A stretch of DNA of 64,000 nt from Octopus sinensis (taxonomy: Eukaryota), in contig NC_043004.1 of assembly GCF_006345805.1 (NCBI RefSeq), forward strand, positions 27,280,001 through 27,344,000, read 5' to 3'. This document shows positions 54,082 through 64,000 of this stretch, piece after piece. A program made the translations under genes and the position numbers. How positions within the stretch are numbered: the first letter of the stretch is position 1; each line of letters begins with the position of its first letter. Below the pieces are notes generated by a model. That model worked only from the letters and a program-made list of their open reading frames with translations, was not told the DNA's origin and searched no databases.

Positions 54082-54245
54082 CAAAATCAAAAAAATACAT
54101 TAGGAATGAGAACCCAGGTTCGAAGTTTCCCTAAGACACCTGATGAAGACTGGAGGGTATATCAGCCAAAACGTTGTGTTAACAACAAACAAGATGAGGA
54201 CAAATATCTGTCAATTGTAAATAATGTAAATAATGTAAATACATT
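54082..54245 (+). mobile_element. Hammerhead-bearing tail, second copy (HHR-like motif 54135-54180)
   Basis: Near-identical to 31960-32095; GACAC-CTGATGA-A-GACTG(10)CAGCC-AAA-ACGT-T-GTGTT; ends in (AATGTAAAT)n. Confidence 0.8.
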
Positions 54246-54588
54246 TGGTTGTAGTTACATGCATTTTATAACAGTTTGACTCTGCTCCACATGACTTGAA
54301 ATTTCATGGGGCACAAGACATGTTCACGAAACTTAAAGCTGTGTGGAGCTGAGTCAAACTGTTATTAAATATGTCTGTGTGTATGTTTGTACATATAACA
54401 AGGTATTTTTACATGAATACATTCAAAGTAAGGAGTAAGTTGATGCTAAACTTCCTCCACAAGTTATGCAACATTTTAGAATCTCTCACCCTCATTTAGA
54501 TTTAGCAGTGGTATGAATCCCTTTCTTCACTTTCTCACCATGTACTTCTTCTCCTGAAAATGTACAGCAAAGAAAACAGCAACAGTAG

Positions 54589-54909
54589 TGGAGGCGCAAT
54601 GGCCCAATGGTTAGGGCAGCGGACTCGCGGTCGGAGGATCGCGGTTTCTCCGGCAGGGGGTGGTGGCGACCCCTGTTGTACTCTTTCGCTCCAACTTTCT
54701 CTCACTCTTTCTTCCTGTTTCTTGTCCCCGACTTCCTACACAACCGCTGAGCCTGGATGCGCATTCATCCATCCGTCGATGTTCTCAGTGTCGGGGGTTG
54801 ACCTGCTTTCTCTTCTGTGGGTCTTACGAATAGCAAAGGACCACGATTCGGACTTCTCCCATCTTGCAAGCTCTGGGACGAAGACCGTTCGCTCAACAGC
54901 AACAGCAAT
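54589..54909 (+). mobile_element. tRNA-derived SINE, family C, with 11-bp TSD
   Basis: TSD AGCAACAGTAG at 54578-54588 and 54910-54920; A-box-like TGGCCCAATGG; internal deletion relative to 33072-33452. Confidence 0.85.
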
Positions 54910-55569
54910 AGCAACAGTAGGTCAGTTTGACTCCCATTATTAAGAGAGAACTCTGAGGCAAGTTGCATGTGATAATGCATATATAATGAAACTTTATTAT
55001 ATGAGATGATTAATTGATAATTTCCTGTTTGGAATGTCTAACAATTTCCACCCAGATTTAATTATTTACTCTGTTGTTTCCATGTGTGTAGGTGCAACAG
55101 CAGGTGAATAACTCTGGAATCTAGCTTTGATTGACATCTATTTTATCTTTTTCTAATTCTTTTCCTGTCACTATCCAGTAATGATATGGAAATGCCTCAG
55201 GTGAGTATTTAAGCTAATAACTCCAGTACAAACTTTCTGGCCAAGAAAGTAGATTTATGACCTCCTGTATGAGGAGATTTGGTAAATAAATACAGAATAA
55301 GGAGAGAAATTGATTCAGTCATCGTTTTATGATGTTTAGTAGAGGTGCAACATAAATTCAGCAAACTTGCAGCATAATCTTGGTGAAAGTTTGTTGTAGT
55401 ACTTCCTATAATTGTTAAATTAATGTCAAGCATGATAAATCTAACAGTTTGACAAAATCCTAATTTAAATTCTAAGGTAATGAATGAAACTTCTGAGTGG
55501 GTAAATGATCAGTATTTTAAATAAGTGATTAAGCTGCCTCCAGTGAATTTCAGGGTATTTCTGGCATTT

Positions 55570-55810
55570 ATTTCTGGCGAGCTGACGGAAACGTTAGCAA
55601 GCCGGGCGAAATGCTTAGCAGTATTTCGTCTGCCGCTACTTTCTGAGTTCAAATTCCACCGAGGTCGACTTTACCTTTCATCCTTTCGAGGTCGATTAAA
55701 TAAGTACCAGTTACGCACTGAGGTCGATATAATTGACTTAATCAGTTTGTCAGTCGATGTTTGTCCTCTCTGTGTTTAGCCCCTTGTGGGTAGTAAAGAA
55801 ATAGGTATTG
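55570..55810 (+). mobile_element. SINE family D (GTACCAGTT..ACTG.GGTCGAT core)
   Basis: Same core recurs at ~7080-7250, 26665-26830(-), 30340-30545 and 46460-46620(-). Confidence 0.65.
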
Positions 55811-56826
55811 TCTTGATGTCCGAACAGAAGCCTCCTATCATATGTACAATTTTTAAGGATTAATATAACTTGTTACAGATATATTGATTTCTCTAATATA
55901 TATACTTCTGTTTGAATATAGTAGGGCATAAAATGAAAAAAAATTGGCTACTACATACGTTAACTAATCAGAAGTTTATTATTTACAGTACTTGATTACT
56001 AGTGATTACATCTGAGATAGCAGAAGGCCAGAGTTGCTGATAATATTATTTAATAATATTAATTTCTACTCCTATTATTACAGTTATGTGTTTATATAAA
56101 TATGATAAGCTGTGTGTATTGTTTATATAGATATGTTGTAACACATGTAATGTTTAAAACACTTATGTAGAAATATTTGTGTGTAATCTGTTGTGTCTGG
56201 GGAGAGTCATTTTCTTTTTGTGCCTTATTATGTAACACACTCACTAGTAAAATTTCCACTTATTTTCTTATTTTTATTGTCCTAAAATTTTGATAGGTTG
56301 CCTTTGTTTGTGCAGTAATTACAAGCATCTGAGTATCAGACTGACTACAGTGGTCACCATTATGTTATGTATATGTGTATATGTATACACATGTGTGTAT
56401 GTTTGCATGTATAAATGAATGAACTAATTAATGAATGATTTTTCTTTGAGTTCTATTTAAGTCTTTTTGAGAGTATTCAGGCTGGTCGCCAGTAAAACGA
56501 CAAGACTTTATGAGTTAAAATTGTTACCAGTATTTGTAAATATGTGGTTGAGTTGGTGCATTCATTGAACTGCATGCACCCACGTGTTTGCATCTGTTCA
56601 CATTAATATTTCAGATGGAGAAATTTGGGAATCTCTTATAAATTTTCACTTTGTTGCTAATGGATTGGATTTGGAGAACCCACATTAGTTTCTTTTGCTC
56701 TGTCTCCATGAAACTGAGTATTGCAAGGTTTTTGTGCAAATCATATGTGAGTATTCATGTATGTATGCATGTATATGAGTTTTGTGATTTGCTTAAAACA
56801 TTCCAATAAGCATATGTAATGTAATT

Positions 56827-57130
56827 GTGGAGGCACATGGCCTAGTGGTTTGAGTATTGGACTCGCAGTCAAGGGATCGCGGGTTCGAATCTCAGACTAG
56901 GCGATGTGTGTGTTTATGAGTGAAACACCTAAGCTCCATGTGGCTCCAGCAGAAAGTAATGGTGAAACTTCTGCTGATTCTTTCACCACAACTTTCTCTC
57001 ACTCTTTCCTCCTGCCTCTTGCAGCTCACCTGCGATGGACCGGCGTCCCGTCCAGGTGGCGAACCTATATGCCAAGAAACCGGGGAAACCGGCCCTTATG
57101 AGCCAGGCATGACTCGAGAAGGAACAAACA
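56827..57130 (+). mobile_element. tRNA-derived SINE with a V-domain-like block
   Basis: A-box TGGCCTAGTGG, B-box GGTTCGAATC; CTGCGATGGACCGGCGTCCCGTCCAGG at 57030-57056 resembles the V-SINE conserved core as I recall it. Confidence 0.7.
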
Positions 57131-58996
57131 AATATGTATGATAATTGCTTGCAAAAACTTGTGGGCAGTGAGTATGAGGAATAAAGCAAAATATGTAAGG
57201 TGTGTCAATGAATGAAAAAAAAAAAGCAAAAGGATAAATTGAGTTTTAACAATCCTTTTAAAATTTCAAGAAAAATTCCTTTTTAGAAGAGAAGAGAGAA
57301 AACAGTCAAAAGAATTTTGGGAAATGCTTTGTTACACATTCTAGTATATTGCATCCCATTATATTATCTTTTCTCTTTGATTTCATTCATTTGTATGATC
57401 TTACATATTTTTTCAACTCTTCGTCTGCATTGCTCAAAAGTTTTGCAAACATTTATCTCAGTGTGTGTATGCGTATGTGTAGTGTGGTGTTGGTGGTGGT
57501 GGTGGTGGTGGTAGTGGTGGTGGTGGTGTGTGTGTGTGTGTGTGTATAGTGCACCGGGAGTAATGGAAACATATATTTTAATAGAATAGCGGTGTATCAT
57601 TAGTAAGAAGTGTTGGCTATGATACAACTATTATCTGTGTCATTGGGGAAAAAGTAGTTTGGTAAGTTGATGACAGTTCTTGTGTGAGCTTGGCTGCATT
57701 TTTCTTGATGGTGTTAATAATTGCTGTGTTGGTCTCTGCCGTGTATGATGGTATCTATGCTGACAGCAGGGGCTGCATCTGAATTGATATGCTTGTAGCT
57801 GGTTTACCATGTCTCACTGCACTATATCTGTTGCCATGACCAGTGTTACTAAGTTGTGCTAGTAACACTATGACTACTGGTATTGTTGCCATGTTGAGCT
57901 GTGTACAATGATGTTCTGGTTGAATGTTCCTGGGATCTCTGCTTAACAACAACAACAAATATTATTTTAGTATTTTATTGCTATTTACTAGTTTCAGTCA
58001 TTGAGTTGTAGCCACATTAGAACACTAGTTTGAGGGGCTTACTTGCTTATATCAGTTGCAATACATTTTTATAAACACCAAGATTTAATAAGATTTTACA
58101 AAATACCAAAAGTTATTAGGTGCAACATTACCAACTCAGTATGACACTTTACTAATTTTGATGCAACATTCTACCAAGTCAGCATGTCATTCTACCAATT
58201 TTGTGTGATACTCTTCCAGTTTGGTGCAATAATCTACCAATTTGGTGTGACACCCTACCAACCAATTTTGCAGTGCACATACCATTATTATATAATTAAA
58301 CTATATATTAATTAATTCAAATGGTTAAAAGTTTAAAAATGGGAGTTCTTTTCTTTTCTTTGGACTAACATAAATCCTCCCACTATAATTATTATTCAAA
58401 TAGGAAAAATTCAAATAAAATAAATGTAATATTACTACATTACATTTGTTAAAAATTAAAACTGAATTATTGTTACTTTAATAACTTAGAAAATAAAAAC
58501 ATACATTTAATGACTATATTTGACCAAGTGACACAATTTCTGTGAAATATTTCCTCAACAAGACTATGTATAAACTGTGTACTATTGTTCAACAACAAAC
58601 ACATCAAAAGAATCTTTAATAAAGCCTGTACATAAACGAGTCATTAAATTGATTTATAGACAGATGAAATAGGTGTTGTATACAATAAGAGGGTTTTTTA
58701 CTTTGACGAGAACATTGAAAGTTGTTAACGTTTAAGATAGAACTAAATAGTTTATAAACAACATTGATTTAATGGTGGTGAGTTGCATACATATAAGTAT
58801 GTATGTGTGTGTGTGTGTGTGTGTGTGTATATACATACACACACATACATTCACACAAACACACATGTGCGGATATATTTACATTTGCTTATGTATGTAT
58901 ATAAATTATATAAATGTATATGTGTGTGTGTGTAAATATATGTCATCATCATTATCATCATTTAACGTCCGCTGATGATGATGATGATGATGATGA

Positions 58997-59042
<46 letters not shown>

Positions 59043-60380
59043 GTGTATAAAACAATGAAACATTCAATTGAAAGATACTTAATACTTTTTGGCTGAGTTT
59101 AATATTTATGAACTTTTACTTGGAAAAGGTTTACAATTAGAGTGGGTGCATGGCTAAGAAGGTTGCTTCCCAGCCATGGGATCCCAGGCTCAGTCATATG
59201 GTTTGCCATTTTGGGTAAATGACTTCAGCTATAGCCCCAAGCCAACCAAAGCCTTGTGAATAGATTTGGTAGATAGAAACTGAAAGAAACCTGTTTATCA
59301 TCATCATTGTCAACATTCAACATTTGTTTTCCACACGCCAGGGTGGATGGCTTTGCAGGAACTGGTAAGGCCAAGGGTTCCATAGTTTCTTTTGGCTTGA
59401 CTTCTATGGCTGGATGCCCTTCTTAATGCCAACCACTTTACAGAGTGCACTGAGTTCTTTTTATGTGACATCAACACTCACATCAATGCTTTTTATGTGA
59501 CAGTTTTAGGATCTCAATTCTGTCGTGGTGGACAGCAATGTGTCATGTGTGTGTGTGTGCATGTGTATGTGCTTGTAGGTACCCTTGTCTTGACATCAAG
59601 GGAAGGTTGTAAATAATCATCACTGTTGAACAAATGATGTTGTTCCTTTCCAATCTTCCATGAAGACTATGTCTGACCAAGGAAAATTATTACCTTGCTT
59701 GGAAATAGGTGAAGGTGAGTGACAAAAAGAGCAGCAAACTGTTGAAAACTTCGTCATCAACCTGACTCATGCAAGCATGCAAAAATAGATATTAAGATGA
59801 TGATGATGATGTGAGATACTAGTTTTCTGGCCTTGTGGGTGCTGGTACCTAGTAAAAGCAACCGTGCTGGTTCCCCATAAAAAAGCCTATGCTGGTCTCG
59901 TGTGTGTAGCCACGGAAAAACGCCTGTGCTAGTGCCATATAAAAGTACCCATACTGGTACCATGTAAAAGTACTATCCAAGTCCTGCTGCAATGGTGGTG
60001 GGGTGTAGGCAATCAACCAAGCCCCTTTTCTTTCTTTCCCTGATATTTCACACCTTGTTCCCACATTAGAAGCAGATGTTATCAGGGGCTGGGGTTCACT
60101 GATGTAGGAGAACATTAAACGAACTGCTTCAGGGTGTTTCATTTGCAGTCCTTTGTGCTATGAGTTCAAATCCTACCATATTTAATCTTCCTTTTCATCA
60201 TTTCAAGGTCGGGGTGACGTGGTGGTGGTAGTGGGGTGGTGGTATTAGAGGAAGTGGTCGATTTGTCTGTTCTCATGGTTGTACCTCTATATCAGTTATG
60301 GGCAAACCGCAGCCCATAGGACTATCTGAATGGTACGCCTTGAGTGATTATTATTATTATTATTATTATTATAATAATTA

Positions 60381-60426
<46 letters not shown>

Positions 60427-61163
60427 CATTATTATTATCATCATTATTATGTGCCAGTGCCACATAAAAGTAGCCATGCTAGTGTCATTAAAAGCGTTCA
60501 GTACACTCTGTGATGTGGTTGGCATTAGGAAGGGTATCAAGCTGTAGGAACCATGCCAATACAGGCAAAATGTAGCCTGGGCAGCTCCCCTGCTGGCCAG
60601 CACCTGTCAGACTGTCTAACCCATGCCAGCATGGAGAACAGATGTTGAATGATGATGATGATGATGATATATTAAAAACAGAAGACTGGGTTATTCAGAA
60701 TTGCTACAATTGTTTCATTAAAATTCTTTATTGTGACATAAACATAATGCAGTCAAGTATGTAGTATGCTCAACATCCATAAGCAATTCTCAACTCACCT
60801 GGCCAACCAAATAACCAAGTAAACAAGTGATATGTTGATTAATCAACAGATCATCAACATGCGAATTACCAACATTTCAGAAATGTAAAGTGGGTGGGAC
60901 TACACATTGTCCAACAACAAGAGTGGATTGTGAAGTGAGACTGTAAAGAATATTCTTTTACTTGTTTCAGTCATTCGACTGTGGCCATGCTGGAGCACCA
61001 TCTTTAGTCGAGCAAATCGACCCCAGGACTCATTCTTTGTAAGCCTAGTACTTATTCTATCAGTCACTTTTGCCGAACCGTTAAGTTACGGGGACGTAAA
61101 TACACCAGCATCAGTTGTCAAGCGATGTTGGGGGGACAAACACAGACACACAAACGTATACAG

Positions 61164-61212
<49 letters not shown>

Positions 61213-61797
61213 CGACGGGCTTCTTTCAGTTTCTGTCTACCAAATCCACTCACAAGGCTTTGGTCGGCCCGAGGCTATAGTAGAAAACACTTGCCCAAGG
61301 TGACACGCAGTGTGGCTGAACTAGGAACCATGTGGTTGGTAACCAAGCTACTTACCACACAGCCACTCCTGCGTCTATAGCACTAATCAGTATCAACTTA
61401 GAGGTATAAACTCAAATTTTCAAATTTATGTTAGTTTAAATGCATTAGAGAGATAAAATAGGCACTCATATATTTGTCAGTGGAGTGAATATATAAGGAT
61501 ATAATTCAAAATGTATACAGTTTGTAGATATATTACAATCAACCTGACCAATTGGTTTCATACCAGATAGTAGTTAATTGGAAGATTACCTAATAAAATA
61601 TACTCATCAGAGATAGCAGGTAGAATAGTAATCATTTTTCCATACCTCCTTTCACTGACAACTATATTTTATTAGGTAATAAACATGCACTGATTTAAGA
61701 TCTGGTGTGAAACCAGTTGGTATGATTGGTGATAATGGATCTATTAATACTGTGTACTTGGATTTATTTATATATATATATATAGAGAGAGAGAGAG

Positions 61798-63003
61798 ACC
61801 AACTTCCGTCACTTTCCAGGGAGAAAAACTAGAAATAGTTGATAGTTTCCGTTACCTAGGTGACCAAGTCAGCAGCGGGGGCGGGTGTGCTGAAAGTGTA
61901 ACTGCTAGAGTAAGAATAGCTTGGGCAAAGTTCAGAGAGCTCTTACCTCTGCTGGTGACAAAAGGCCTCTCGCACAGAGTGAAAGGCAGACTGTATGATG
62001 CGTGTGTACGAACAGCCATGCTACATGGCAGTGAAACATGGGCCGTGACTGCTGAGGATATGCGTAAGCTCGCAAGAAATGAAGCCAGTATGCTCCGATG
62101 GATGTGTAATGTCAGTACTCATACTCGGCAGAGTGTAAGTACCTTGAGAGAAAAGCTGGACCTAAGAAGCATCAGTTGTGGTGTGCAAGAGAGACGTTTG
62201 CGCTGGTATGGTCATGTGGCGAGAATGGATGAAGATAGTTGTGTGAAAAAGTGCCACACCCTAGCTGTTGAGGGAACCTGCGGAAGAGGCAGACCCAGGA
62301 AAACCTGGGACGAGGTGGTGAAGCATGACCTTCGAACTTTAGGTCTCACTGAGGAAATGACTAGAGACCGAGACCTCTGGAAGTGTGCTGTGCGCGAGAA
62401 GACCCGGCAGGACAAGTGAGTCCATAACCCGTGGCCTTCTACATGGGATGGAGCCAGCCTACGTATGCATACCTTCCCTTCTTGGGACACAAACTCTACT
62501 TGTGAAGACCTGTTGAGGCAAGTCAGGATCAGAATCGAAATCGATCAATGGAAATTGCAGATGTGTTACCAGTGCCAGTGGCATGTCGAAACTCTACTTG
62601 TGAAGACCCGTTGAGGCAAGTGAGGATCAGAATCGAAATCGATCAATGGAAATCGATCAATGGAAATTGCAGATGTGTTACCAGTGCCGGTGGCATGTAA
62701 GAGAACCTTCCGTTTCGCGACCGTTGCCAGCACCGCCCCGACTGGCCTCGTGCCGGTGGCACATAAAAAGCACCATCCGTTTGTGGCCGTTTGCCAGCTC
62801 TGTCTGGCACCTGTGCAGGTGGCACGTAAAAAGCACCCACTACACTCACGGAGTGGTTGGCGTTAGGAAGGGCATCCAGCCGTAGAAACACTGCCAGATT
62901 TGACTGGGCCTGATGAAGCCTTCTGGCTTCACAGACCCCAGTAGAACCGTCCAACCCATGCTAGCATGGAAAACGGACGCTAAACGATGATGATGATGAT
63001 GAT

Positions 63004-63005
<2 letters not shown>
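61798..63005 (+). mobile_element. 5'-truncated RTE-clade LINE: ORF2 C-terminus + 3' UTR + (GAT)n tail
   Basis: Stop-free frame ~61800-62419: LEIVDSFRYLGD, LHGSETW, RRLRWYGHV, GRGRPRKTW; 3' UTR with a ~98-bp tandem duplication. Confidence 0.92.
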
Positions 63006-63034
<29 letters not shown>

Positions 63035-63272
63035 ACACACACAGAGACAGACAGACAGATAAATATATATATCTATATCTAATATATATGTATATATACA
63101 TATATATATGTACATATTCATAGATATAGATATATATCTATATACATACATACATACATACATACATACACATATATATATATGCATACATACCAATATA
63201 CATACATATATATATATATATACATACACACATGAATATGTATGTGTATGTATGTATATATATATACATACT

Positions 63273-63308
<36 letters not shown>

Positions 63309-63924
63309 AAGGAATGAGAAAGATTAGAGAATGAGTATAAACCATCATACAGACAATGACTTCTATAGCTATAAATCTATAAAACAACAACATGAAAGCT
63401 ACCAAAAATAGAAATAGAATGAAATATTCAGAGAAATGACACGATAGGAACTTGATTAGTAAAACATTGCAGAATCTATGGAGATCTGAATTGCTGATGT
63501 ACACATACAAATACAAATACATACGTGTAAACATTATATATATATTTATATATGTGTGTGTGTGTGTTTGTATATTGTGTGTGTGTGTGTATATACATCC
63601 ACACATATATATGTGTCTGTGAGAGTGTGTGTATGTGTGTGTCTATGTATATATACATATATATGTGTGTGGGTGTATGTATATATGTATGTATATATGT
63701 ATGCGTATCTATGTATATTCTTTTATTCTTTTACTCTTAGTCAATTCACTATGGCCATGCTGGAGCACTGCCTTTTAGTCGAAGAAATCAACTCTTGGAT
63801 TTATTCCTTGTAAGCCTGGTTCTTATTCTATCGATCTCTTCTGCCAAAGCTACAGGGATGTAGACACACCAGCATCGGTTGTCAAGCAATGGTGGAGGGG
63901 ACAAACACAGACATAAATATATAC

Positions 63925-63964
<40 letters not shown>

Positions 63965-64000
63965 TATTATATATATACATATATATATATATGACAGGCT

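Noticed and set aside
54589-54660. tRNA gene candidates (also 56827-56905 and 31716-31780)
   Set aside because: No complete cloverleaf; each continues into repeat bodies, so they are SINE heads.
55178-55205. 22-nt micro-exon candidate (CAG|TAATGATATGGAAATGCCTCAG|GTGAGT)
   Set aside because: Good donor but too short to support without transcript data.
56461-56506. Hammerhead-like layout GUCUU...CUGG-UCG-CCAG...AAGAC
   Set aside because: The stems pair but both core strands are too degenerate to call.

Overview
AT-rich, microsatellite-dense metazoan DNA made almost entirely of transposable-element debris. I could not support any host protein-coding exon, so the window looks intergenic or lies inside a large intron. 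The SINE families resemble those I associate with Octopus/cephalopod genomes (recognition only, not a database result). Larger elements: a 3'-truncated Tx1/L1-type LINE (~3.5-6.5 kb), an RT-deleted Gypsy LTR element with both LTRs (19.8-23.0 kb), mariner relics, a short non-autonomous Helitron, a 47-bp minisatellite of ~34 copies, a full-length R4/Dong-type REL-endonuclease LINE in a TAA tract (50.1-54.1 kb), a young RTE 3' fragment, and Penelope, Hero-like and MULE relics. Most interesting: at least four unrelated short repeat families each carry a minimal Penelope-type type I hammerhead ribozyme motif. One reads as intact with a compensatory G3:C8 core swap inside a 283-bp palindrome. Another is the tail of a tRNA-headed SINE-like element. 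All folds were paired by eye; nothing was computed or searched.
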